From assembly GCA_030295235.1 (NCBI GenBank), contig AP026151.1, forward strand, positions 186,001 to 250,000: a stretch of DNA of 64,000 nt, in the 5' to 3' direction. The DNA comes from Fistulifera solaris (Eukaryota). Under the pieces are notes generated by a model. The model saw only the letters and a list, made by a program, of their open reading frames with translations, was not told the DNA's origin and made no database searches. Every line of letters starts with the position of its first letter. Within the stretch, counting starts at the first letter, position 1. Positions 12,235 to 24,242 of this stretch are shown piece after piece. The position numbers and the translations under genes are program-made.

Positions 12235-14923
12235 TTAACTGCTTTCCATTTTTCGTCGCAAGTGAGGAGGGATGTATTTATTCTTTGGAGGATCGTCGCT
12301 CGCATTGATTTCCAAAGATCCAGCACTGCTCGCTGCACTTGTCGTAGTTACAGCTGTCGCATCATCTGCCGGTTTCGGTCGTGTGGGTTTGACAACCTCC
12401 AGTTTGGGCTGCTCCTTCTTTTCCTTTTTCGGTGCCAGAGCATCTTCTGTCTTTTTCTTGACGCTGGCATCTCCTTGCAGTTTCACCTTTTCGTCGATAC
12501 CCAAATCCTTCCTCATGTTCATCTTAAAAGACTGAATATCTCCATCGTATTTTGTGATCGTCTTGTTATCGCAAATCCAAATCTCGTTTGCCACTTGACT
12601 AATCAAACGCATATCGTGCGAAACCAAGATCATGCCACCCTGAAATTCATTAACAGCTTTGGCCAACGCATCAATTGACTCCATATCTGTACGCAAGGGC
12701 AAAAAGGAATCTATTAGTGAAACTGCGTTTTGAAGTATATCACGAGAAACAACGAAGCTCTCGCACGTACCCAAGTGATTCGTCGGCTCATCCAAAAGTA
12801 AAATGTGAGGCACATCACGTCCGAGCTTGGCGAAGACTACTCGACTCTTCTGTCCGTCACTCAACTCCTTCATCTTTTGCACCTGCATCGAACCCGACAC
12901 TCCGAAACGGCCCAAATATTTGCGTTGCTCTTCACGAGGATCGCCGGGATACTTTTGCTCAAAAAACTCGAGGGGTGTCATTTCAACATCCAACACATCG
13001 ACGAAATGCTGAGTGAAACGTCCTAACTTCAAATGACCGTGCGGTCGAATGTCACCTTTGGTCGGTAACAGTTCACCTGCCATGAGCTTGACCAAGGTTG
13101 TTTTTCCTGTGGAAATGAACCGAATAGAATAAGGTTATGATCTCACATCCAGACTTCAACAGAACCAATGTACTATCATGAGTACCCACCTGCTCCATTC
13201 GGTCCGACCAACTGAAAATAATAGTGAAGTGAATCACAAATAGAAGAGAGGAGGGATGAACAGTTGATGAGCGAAAATCCATGACGAAACAAATTAGATG
13301 GTCAACGTCACTCACCGCAACTCGAGAATCCAGATCAATGCCCAAATTCACATTCGTATAAAGCGGCTCGCATCCCGGATAGCCGAACGAGACATCGTGA
13401 AAAGCAAGAACTGGAGGAGGCAAATGACCAGGATCCGAGAATTTAAAGTTAAGTGGCTTGTCTTCCACGGGTTTCTCGGTAAGACCACCGCGAATCATTT
13501 TCTGTAGCACCTTTTCCTTGGATTGAGCCTGCTTGGCGTTCTTTGCTGTACCATGACCGAAGCGGGCAATATACTCTTTCATCGATTTGATCTGTTCTTG
13601 TTCCCAGCGATATTGCTTCCATTGATTTTCTTCCATTTCCGATTTGGTTTTGACGAATTGATCATAGTTGCCATCGTAGTACTGGAGCTTTTTGCGACTG
13701 GTAAAATCGATCATGTGCGTGCAGACATTGTTCAAAAAAGTCTTTTAAGCGAGGAAAAACCAAAGATATCAGTTTCGAGCAATTATACAATCCTCTAAGT
13801 TGCGAACATACGAAGACTTACCTTGCGAGTGAGAAATCAGCAATAAGATACGATTCCATTTGGACAAATAGTCCTCGAGCCACAAGACCGCTTCCATGTC
13901 CAAGTGATTGGTAGGTTCGTCGAGTAACAAACAAACCGGTTGCAAGAATAGTGCACGGGCCAGGGAAACGCGCATTCGCCATCCACCGGAAAAATCCTTT
14001 GTGAGTTTTCCTTGCATTTCGTGCGTAAAACCCAGACCTTTCAAAATACCACGCGCTCTTACTTCCGCCGTCGCAGCATCCAGCGAATCCAACCGTTCGT
14101 AAATGGAGTTGAGTGCATCCATGACTTCCTCTTGCTGCTCGTCGTACGTTTTTCCCGATGCATCACTCTCAGCACCACTCGATATCTTGTCTGCCAATTC
14201 AGTGAGTACGTGATTCAAATCGTCAGCTTGTTGCTCTAGGCGCAAGCGTTCTTCATCGACAGCCATTACAGCATCCAGTGCCGTTACCGTGTCGGAAGGC
14301 TCAATCTCCTCGCTCAAATAGAAAATGTCGATACCTCGTGGTACAGGTATTGCCCTTGCACCGATGGCTCGCAACAAAGTCGACTTTCCGCAACCGTTGC
14401 GACCTATGAGCCCATAACGATTACCGTGGTTGAGCACCACCTCGGTTTCGTCCAAGAGCAAGCCACCCATGTGCTGCAGCGTGAAATTCGTCACATTAAT
14501 GTCACGACTCCTTGGATCCACACCTTTCCGAGAAGCAGCAAACGTACAAATGGTACCGGCTGCAGCCAACGCGTCCGCTGTATCGTGATCAATACCGTCG
14601 TCGACGTCAGCTGCCTCTTCATTCTCATTTAAATTCATTTGCGCGAGTACTTTTTCAGCCTTCACGGCAGCGTCTTCCTCCTCCTCTTCTTCGTCGTCCA
14701 CCGTGTCTCCCTTCTTCAACTTTCGTTTCGCTTCACGAGCAGCTTTGGCTTTCGCCTTCTTCTCTTCTTTCGACAACTTCTTTTCAAAGATCTGCTCATC
14801 GCCCGCCCCCATGGCCGCGTCCTTGACGACATCGACCGTCGTATCATCGGCGGATCGTTGCAGGTTCCGCTCAAACTCTTCGGCCGCTAGTTTGTCTTTC
14901 TTTTCACGCCATTTCGAAGGCAT
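12235..14923 (-). CDS. ABCF2: ABC-F family ATPase (ABCF2/Arb1-like), multi-exon
   Basis: Two ABC domains and no TM segments: [27 protein letters not shown], linker [24 protein letters not shown]. Start MPSKW at 14923. Confidence 0.93.
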
Positions 14924-15199
14924 TTTGCTTGTAGAAGAAAATAAAATGAAGAATGGCAAATATTAGAGAGTTTCAATAAAACAATGAAAAAAATGCGCCC
15001 TCGCGGGGTGTGTGTGTTTACGCTGCGTGAAAAAGTGCGTTTTTCGAGTATCGAGTATCGAGTGTAGCGAGAAAACGGACGCAGGACAGATTCCGATATC
15101 CTCAACCTTACTTTCACGACTGTCGCAAACACATCATGTACTTTTAAGACGGAAATATCGTAATCTTACCGGCGTGATGATTCGATGGGGAACACGTCT

Positions 15200-15780
15200 C
15201 TCTATAACCAACAATGCTTTTCCCTTTGTAACAACAGTCTCGGCTGCAATACGTCGAACGCATGAAACAATGCAACGCTTTGAATGTCTACGTAATTTCA
15301 TGTAGCCCTCGTAGGGAAATTTATCGACAGAGGGGATACCCGGATATTGGCTATTTTCGATCACACCATTTTCCCGCGTCTTTGGACCCCAATGTCAGCA
15401 ATACTTTGCCCAACATCGCTAATGCGAGCCACGAAGCAATTCTTGGCTTTGACTTGTCAGATAAACATGAAACATATAAGAGGTACGGAGTACACCGCTT
15501 CCAAAATTCTACGCGTATTTCACGTAGCCGCCGTAGGAAATTTATCTCTGCAGGGGTACCCGGATATTGTCATTTTCGCCATCATCCATTTCGTGGATTT
15601 CCAGTGCACAGATGTCAACGCTTTCTTGCTTACCGTATTCGCTTCGTATCATAAGGCAATAAGCGTTCTCGATTCGAAAACAAGACGCTGATGGAACGAA
15701 TGATGCAACGCTTTGAATGTCTACGTAGTTTCACGTAGCGCTCGTAGGGAAATTTATCGACAGAGGGGGAACCCGGACCA
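15200..15780. repeat. Degenerate tandem repeat, ~212-221 bp unit, ~2.5-3 copies (family B)
   Basis: GAAATTTATC...GGGG..ACCCGGA at ~15316, ~15537 and ~15749. TGCAACGCTTTGAATGTCTACGTA at 15271 and 15704. Confidence 0.85.
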
Positions 15781-15892
15781 AGTGTAACGATTATCGACAT
15801 CGAATTGACTGGAATATCTAGAACGTATGAAAAGATGTAAAGATAGAATTCATAAATTGTATTTAGATTCGAAACTTTTCAATAGGCTGCAC

Positions 15893-17469
15893 TCAAAGCT
15901 CGTCATTTTTGTTACCACTGGTCCTTTCTTCCAACAGTTTCTCTACCATGGCACTCAACTGATCCACCTTGGCATGCAGTGTTTCGTCCGTAACACCCAT
16001 AAGTTTGTCCTTATTGCGGGGATCCGTCATGCGCCACCATTCAATCAAATCTTCACCCGACTTCGCTTGGAACAGTGTCGGACTTCGTGATGCGGTCAGC
16101 CGTTGGTCTTTACATTCGACGCCTTGCACCACACCCAATTGCCCGTCCGGTGTCACGCTCGTGCCCTTGTAAACTAGTCGACAACCTTCGTCCACGTCCA
16201 TGATGGGTTCCGGTGTCCCTTCAGGATTTGGTTTCTTGTACCAATCGTCGGCATCTTCGACGGGACGATAGTGCGTAAACAGATTGACGTAGTACGAATT
16301 AGGTCCGGTCATGGGACGATTGCGACCGTGCAGTGCTTTTGCAGACTCGTAATAGACGATATCACCCGGTTCCATCAAAATTTCATGCATGCGATCCATG
16401 TGATCTTGTACTTCCACCGGCCATGGCTCGGTCAAGTTTCCTTGTGCGATATTTACAATGAGACTCACAGCGTGTGTGTTGCGTCGATCGACATGGGTCA
16501 ACAGTCGTGCCCCCTCGGTGTACTTGCGCAATCCGTACATGACTGTTTGTTCCACTTTGACACCCGCCCACGCTTCGACTAACTCCAACAGACGTATTTG
16601 CAACATTTGTTTCATCTGCCACGGCACTTGAATAAAATACACTCCCGTTTCCCACCAATTGACAAAAACACCGCGTCCTTTCCATTCTTCACGGGAAGCA
16701 TGATGTCGATTGTTGTAATAAAAGGCTCCCATGTAGGCAAACACATCACGGGGCAGTTGTCCCTTTTTGAAACCTAGAGGACTGAAGGTACGCGAAACTT
16801 CGTTGTGACGTTTCCACTCTTCGCGGAGCGTGTATTCAATTTCCTCGTCGAAATTATGGGCACTGACATCGTCACTGGGTGGACTTTCCCAAATCCCAGA
16901 ACCGTCGCAAATTCAATAGTGACTTTCGCGACTTCGACTCCTTCTACCGTTTCCGCGACAAACTCGTGTCCCAAGTACGTATGAAAGCACCGCGTTTTGG
17001 GCTCACCGTATTCAATTTGCATATGAAGTTGCTTCTCACCCTGAGCATTGATCCAGTACAATTGCAGTGGATTGGTACGATCGTAATAGTTCATGAAGCA
17101 CGATTCTACTTGGGCACAATTCTTTTGAAACCACGGTCGAAAATCGGCACCGTCTCCTTGATAATGCATACTGGGCATGACATGATGTGCCAACGAACGA
17201 TCGGTGCCTCTTCCAATACACACGGCTTGACAGGTTTCCGAGGAGTCGTCCGTAAACAGTTGCTGTGCAGCTTCACCTTGTGCGAGGAGTGTCTGATAAC
17301 GAGGACTGGTAAAAGAAGCCAATGGGCAACCCTCTTGATAGAGCAAATAGTGCGATGTCAATTTTTGATTTTCATCGTACGAAAGATCGTGTGCCACTGA
17401 TTCGACGGTGGACGCACTTGAAGTTTTCAAGGCGGCGAACGAAATGAAAAGAAGGCAACGAAGGAACAT
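15893..17469 (-). CDS. Secreted 2OG-Fe(II) oxygenase / prolyl-4-hydroxylase-like protein; frameshift near 16870
   Basis: Signal peptide; YGLRKY, HxD in LLTHVDR, MEPGDIVYYESA, HGR, NLFTHYRP. Confidence 0.75.
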
Positions 17470-18396
17470 TGTCGTTCGTAATGGTGAAGGTCAATGGATT
17501 GTGATTTGTTATGAATGAATTGTGACTGTTGTCAAAGAACGGCAAAGGGAAAAAGGTGACCGTCGGATCGATACCTGGTATGGCGGCGCGAGTGACCGCC
17601 CCGATGCGAACTCCTCTCGCTCCTCTCTCTACTACGTAGTATTACAAATTACAACTAAGGTTAAAGTACAGTACTAGTACTTGGTATTGGGTATATAGTA
17701 TATAGCATTTGGTGTTTGGTGTACTTCATAATTCACGACCCAACGAAACATCAGTCCCGCATACGTTGAGAGTAGTCAATCAAATAAGTCAATGCATCAC
17801 ACATCGTAGACATATTCTCGGCCCAATGATGGCAAAATCACTTCATTTCTTACGCTCGTATCGTTGCAATCGCTCTTGGTGTTGTTGTAGGAATGAAGAA
17901 CGTCAATTGCTTCTTGCATAGAATGCTTGGAAATTTTACTGTGGTGTAAAAAGAAGACGACTTTTTTCCCGACTGATGGCTCAAGCGCTTTCAGTCCCGT
18001 CATTCATCGACCCTAATGATATTTCCGGCATTGTTGCCGCTCTTTGTTCTTGCCTTCCCGTTTTATAAATTAAAACACATTAATTTGAGCTCGCAAATGT
18101 ATAAATCATCGTTGTCGATGATGATGATGACGATTGTATTTCGAAGGGATTATGAAGCTATTTTCGAGGAATTTCTTGTGTCGCACATGTTGTTTTGGAG
18201 ATACAGCTGACGGCATTGACCCAGTACCGAACCTCGCTGAAAAATCCTCCCCCGCGCCTTCAACGACGATGACCGCGAATGGAAAAGACGAAAAGATCTT
18301 TTTTTTTCATTCACTCCAGTAATAATAATAACAGCCTCTTCCTCTTCGCAAAAAGTCTTCCTACAAATCACTCATTTAATCGTTTCTTTCACCATC

Positions 18397-20299
18397 ATGC
18401 GTGTGAACGAAACCACTCCGTCGAGTGACACAGCAGCACCCAGCAAAAAGCGCGCCGTCGTGAATGGAATCGGCATCTTTCACTCGTGGCCCCGCAATTT
18501 CCCCAATCCCCGCGATGCCATGTTTGATTTGATTGATAATGCAGTCGATGCCGCGCATGATCATGGTCGAATTTGGTTGGCCGCTGACGATCGTGGGTCC
18601 GGTGTGGTGTTGTTGAATTCGTGTGCCGCACCCGTGAAACCTCTCAAGAAAGTGCTCGAATTGTATACGAGCGAAAAACAAGCGACGGGGGCCGTCGGAG
18701 AAAATGGGATTGGTCTCAAACAGGGAGTGGTGACGTTGGCGAATGTAGCCTTTGTGATTTCTAAGAATCATTCGAAATACAGTCTCGGAATTGTGGCGCA
18801 TTGTTTGCAAAGTGAAAGTGCTTGTTGGTTGCCCTCGTTTGAGTTCAAGTCCAAAGCAGGACCGGATCTAGAACAAGAACTCTTTACAACATTTGACAGT
18901 GATTCGAAGTTACGACACTGTGTGACTCTGTATGGCGATTCTTTCCTCGGCGGAGTGCGTCGTTTGTCGAAAGTCATGTTGCACATGGACAACGCGAAGC
19001 GTGGTTGGAAGCAATATCCGTACGTCTTTTGTTTGTTGTTGCACGACCTCAAGCACGGCGAAACACTCGTTCCACACGAACGTGTCCGTGATCTGCTCGA
19101 ACAGACCAAGGCGGACTTGCCCAAACATTATTTGCACATTCCGAAAAGTATTCTTGTTACGGTGGGTACATCCATCGTCAAATTCAATTATTGGCAACCA
19201 CGCCTCGTCGAGATGACGACCTTTGACGTGCATGTCAACAAGAGTGTGCTCATGGAAGAAGATGCGTTTTGGCAGCATCCGAGAAAGGCGCACGATCCGT
19301 CTCAATACTATCCCATTCGCATTTACATGGGCTTTGATGCACTCCGCGCGGCAGACGAGACACAGCCCAGCACGGGCAGTCTCTACATTTACAGTCGAAC
19401 GTGTGGTCGACTCATTCGTCATTCACCCGATGCTCGTGGTGAAATCAATGTTACGAATGGTGGGACCGAGTATTGTCAAGGACTGACGATTTTATTGGAT
19501 GATCGCCATGGGCAATTGCCCTTGAATCCGACCAAACATGATGTTGCCTTTTCCGAACACGCTGACGGCGTCATCCACCGGGCTAATTTGTTTTGTTACA
19601 TCAATATTGTGACACGATTCTATTACAACTACTACAAGGAGTCATATTTTTACAAGAGGAAAAAAGATATCTCGGAGGCATTGAAAGAAATGGTTCCGCG
19701 AGTAAGACGAGCAATAGCTTTGGCGAATCAAGATTACAAGCCCATCTCTCAGTGTCACTTCAATTCATTTTCCAATCTTATACGTAAACTGGGCGCTGTG
19801 AAAAACAACAGGATCACTCGATTGGTCCCATTCAAGGATGTCGCAATCAGCAAAGGAAACGACACGGTTGTCTGTTTCACAAAACAGGATCCTCCGCAGG
19901 TTTCGGTGGCGTCTGTGGTGTCGCCTGATCAGGTTCCTAGCACAGCTTGTGTTTTCACAGATCCCAAAAGGCCGTTGCATAACACGAAGGAAAAGGAGGC
20001 TTCGTCGGCTGCACCGGCGCCGGTGGAAAGGTCCCCGTTTCTTTCGCCCGTGTCCGATGATTCGTTCACTCTAAGAAAACGCCCGCGGCTTTCGGAAGAA
20101 AAAGTCCAACGAAGAAGCTTTGATGAAACGAGTCGCTGCACTGGAAAGTGAGGTGGCGCAATTAAAAGAGCGCGTGGTAACTCAGGAGAAGCTGGAAAAT
20201 GAAATTGCTGATTTGAAAGACGCTATGGCCCGCCAGAACGAGATTGTAGCGCGACTGAACGCCAGGTTTAAAGACTACACGAAGGTTTGTTTATGCTGA
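18397..20299 (+). CDS. MORC-like GHKL ATPase with C-terminal coiled coil (frameshift near 20100)
   Basis: AMFDLIDNAVDA, GENGIGLKQG, S5-like YIYSRTCGRLI and LNPTKHD. A shifted frame gives a coiled coil (RVAALESEVAQLKER) to a stop at 20299. Confidence 0.75.
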
Positions 20300-20438
20300 A
20301 GCTTTGCGTAATTTCTTGCATCAAGTAAAAACAAAGTTTAGTTGGCCTGCCTGCTTCCTTAGTACACTATCTAACTCTCTATGCTTACTGAACATTCATA
20401 TTGTTTCTTAGCGTCTTTAATATTTACCAAGGCCTTTG

Positions 20439-22347
20439 TTATTTACTTGCCGCTAAATTGTCTGCATCAATGACAGGGAAGATTCGCGTTGGATGCGCTT
20501 CCGTGTTGAACACGTGTTTATTCAAAAGATCAATTTCCGTATCGGGGTCTTGCAATAAGTATAGATACTTTAACAATTCGGCAAAGAAGAATGATTCGGT
20601 CTTGTCTCTGGGAATGCCGTTGACATCCGCCACATTGCTCAGTTCACCGTACCCTATCTCGGTCTTGCAATATCGTTCCACGGCTTGGTAGATTTCCCAA
20701 CCCCACTCCCGGTACACGGGGTCGCCCGTTAAATGATTTAAAATAAACATGGACTCCACGGCTTCGGGTCTCAGCAAATAGTGTGGTGCGCCACTCCCAA
20801 TTTGAAAGTCACTGCCCGGATTGGCTTGTATGAATTCCGGTGATATTCCCGTATTCATGCGCGCATACATTTGGTAGCACGTGTACGTTAATGCCTTGCC
20901 CGTCCGTAAATCACGCTGTGCGCGTTCACTCTCCAATCCGAGAGGATCCGTATACGCCCCCAACGCCAGTAAACCACCCAAAAAGCAGGCCAAATGATCC
21001 ATCTTGTAATCCATATGCTTGTTGTTCTTGTCGGCGACGTAGGTCAATCCGGACGGTGTGGTTTTCTGTTCCAATTCATTGTGCATGCCTTCCATGGCTT
21101 TGTCGTACATTTCGCGATACATGGGTTCCGTTTTCCCACCTTGCAACCACATTTTGAGCATATACTCGTAGACGGAATCTCCCATGGCCCCAAAGGTGAG
21201 TTTGTCATTGGAAAAGTGGGGCAACGGACGTCCGTCCTTGCCGGATTGAACGGGCGTTTTTCCCGGATCACTGAAAAAGTAGGGATACAGTCCATTGGGT
21301 GTCGACAGTTCGTGCAAGACTTCAAAGACATACTCGGTCTTGTCGGCAAATTCGCGTTCTCCGGACATTTTGGACAAGTATCGATTTTCAATTTGAATGG
21401 ATCCAAACTCGGCCAAAATGGTATTGCCACCGGACCACGACACGTGTCCCCGTTGTCCATTTTTAAGATTGACTTTACCCGTCGGCAAACCCGTTTGACT
21501 TCCATCAAAGGCTTTGATGAGTCGTTTGCCCAAATCGAGAGCATGTTCTAAAAGGTGGCATCCCCACTCCAATCGTATGCCGACAACAATCCTCCCAAAT
21601 CGCGAATCGTCGTTTCAAACGTCGAGACACTCCCGATATTGTCGTGCGACAAATGATCCCGCACCCAATCCCGTCCCTTCCAAAATTCATCTTTCATATC
21701 CATCAACCACAAGGTATCGAGGGCATCAATTAATGTAATGCCTTGTCCACCCCAATTGTTGGAAGGCCGTTTCGATTGGGGCATGATTTCATCGGCACCA
21801 AACGCGTAGGTGGTATATCCATTCCACGCGTGTTGCATCGCTCGTTTGATATGAACCCGCCGCGATCGGGCGACGGCATCGGAGGCGGCCTTGATTTCGT
21901 CTGTCATTACATAAGGTGTCCCGCCCGTGGTATATTCCGTATACCGATGACCACCGGGCGGCACAAATTGCGTGTGAGCATCGTACTCTTCGGCGACGGG
22001 AATTAACGGATACGGATACAATTGCGTGGGTGGTGTATCGTAGGGATTGGTATTGATCGCAAGAGGTTCCGGTGGAGGTCCATTGACGGCATTCAAATCG
22101 ACACCGGGAATCGCTTCCGTTAATAACACTTGTTTGATGGCATTGTTCGTACCGGGCAGCTGTCGTTCCCGGAAGACACTGTGTGTTGTAGGAGTTGGAG
22201 GAACCGTAAAAGAAGTAACAACAATCCGATCGACAAGACGACGGCAATGCTCAGCAACAACAGTAAACTCTTGCGCAACAAACTCGCATCACTCGAGTTG
22301 CCGGTCCCGCGCCTCCGACGCAACGAAGGTGTTCCGGATCGTCTCAT
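20439..22347 (-). CDS. Class I alpha-1,2-mannosidase (GH47), type II membrane protein; frameshifts near 22150 and 21550
   Basis: HAWNGY..AFGADE, DALDTL, STFETTIRDLGGLLSAY, GAMGDSVYEY, MDHLACF, LLRPEAVES, ESFFFAE, FNTEAHP. Confidence 0.93.
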
Positions 22348-22807
22348 TCTTAATAGAACAGAAAGAACTGTGAGGAGGAATGGTTGTGAATGACAACTCA
22401 TGCAACGGTTACTGTCCTTCAGCGACGTGATTGTTTCGTTTTCCGCGTGCTTTCGCTGTTTCGATGACTGATGGATCACGATCATCCGTGAATAAAGGAA
22501 AGGAGCCGTTTTGTCTAAATAAGAATTTTACTTAAAAGAATTTCATTCCCCGAAATCATAATACGAAACCTATTATATTGTCATCCGGTGATCAAAATAC
22601 TATGACAAGTTATCTTCAACGGTCATGAGATCGTGCACCTTTCAAGCGGCTTCGACTGTGCAATGAAATGTACCATGGAATGCGAATCTGGTGCCCACGA
22701 AAAGATCTTGCAACACGACGACTTCTTGCGCACCGTTTTTGTTGTTGACATCCAAGAACTCTGTCTATATACCTTTTCTCTCTCAAAACAACCAACAATC
22801 GTCCATC

Positions 22808-24131
22808 ATGTTGTTTACCTTGCGTCATTCCAGTCTGGTAAGTCAAAAAAATAAAGTGTTGCTTCAAATACACGCAGCCACACACACTCTCTCATCGTTC
22901 TGTTCTCGCAGCGTTACGCCCCGGCACTTGCCGCTTCTTCCACTCTCTTGCTCGTCAACGATGTTGCGTACGCCCGTGAAACTGCTGCTGTCGATTTACA
23001 AAAAGTTCGAGAAGCCATTGTCGATGTCATTGAATCGGATGCCGAAAAACGTGGGGATGGCACCAGTTTGTACGGAACCATGATTCGTTTGGCGTGGCAC
23101 TGTTCAGGAACCTACAGTCAACACGATCATTCGGGCGGTTCGGCCGGAGGGCGCATGCGGTTTGCACCGGAAGCCAGTTGGGGAGCGAATGCCGGCCTGA
23201 AAGATGTCGCACAAAAAGCACTCGAACCCGTCAAGGCCAAATTTCCCGAATTGTCCTATGCCGATTTGTATACCTATGCGGGTAAGTCTAAGTATGCACC
23301 GTATATATTCTATAGCATCATCTCCAGTCGCTCACTTTTTTCAAAAAAGGCGTCGTGGCCGTCGAAGAAACGGGAGGACCCAAGATTCCCTTTCGAGTGG
23401 GACGTTCCGATGAACCCGATGGATCCACCTCGCCTCCCGATGGACGATTGCCCGATGCCGACAAGGGATCTCATGTGGCGACGCGACAACACATTCGGGA
23501 TATTTTCTATCGCATGGGTACGTCCACTCGTGTGACAAATTGTGTATGTCTCATCTCATCTCACAACTCGCTCTTTTGTTTGTCGCAGGCTTCAATGATC
23601 AAGAAATTGTCGCATTATGTGGAGCCCACGCCATGGGTCGTTGTCACACGGATCGGTCGGGATATTGGGGACCGTGGACGAACGCCGAAAATACGTTTTC
23701 GAATGAATACTTTCGTCTTTTGGTCGAAGAACGTTGGAGTCCCAAGGTCACTCACAATGGCAAACCGTGGGAGGGACCGGATCAGTACGAAAATGCGGCG
23801 GGGAATCTCATGATGTTGCCCAGGTACGTTGTGGGAAGTGCTACTAGTCGTGGATGCATCGATTAGTATACTGAACGGCTGCTTGCGTTCGACAGTGACA
23901 TTGCTCTCATTGCCGATCCGGAATTCAAAAAGTGGGTGGAAGGTAAGTGACACTCTAGATTCGCGGACGAAGTTACTCCAAAAAGCAGAACCTTTCCTTA
24001 TTCAAATTGTGTTTGTAGCCTATGCCAAGGACGAAAATCTCTTTTTCCGTCACTTTTCGAAAGCGTTTTCGAAACTGCTGGAGCTTGGAGTCCCTTTCAA
24101 GTCGGCAGAGCCGTGGTACAAGTTCTGGTAA
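22808..24131 (+). CDS. CCP1: Cytochrome c peroxidase (class I heme peroxidase), probably mitochondrial, multi-exon
   Basis: IRLAWH, proximal [24 protein letters not shown]; several short GT-AG introns. Confidence 0.85.
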
Positions 24132-24242
24132 ACACGAACCAAAGATCGACACTCGTTAACATTAGGACTAATTCTAGGATATATACAATAGGAAATTCAA
24201 ATCAACATGATGTCACACTTATACATTCATAAAATTTGTCAA

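Noticed and set aside
17700..18370. Short ORFs upstream of the MORC-like gene
   Set aside because: Under 75 aa with no motifs; consistent with intergenic or UTR sequence.
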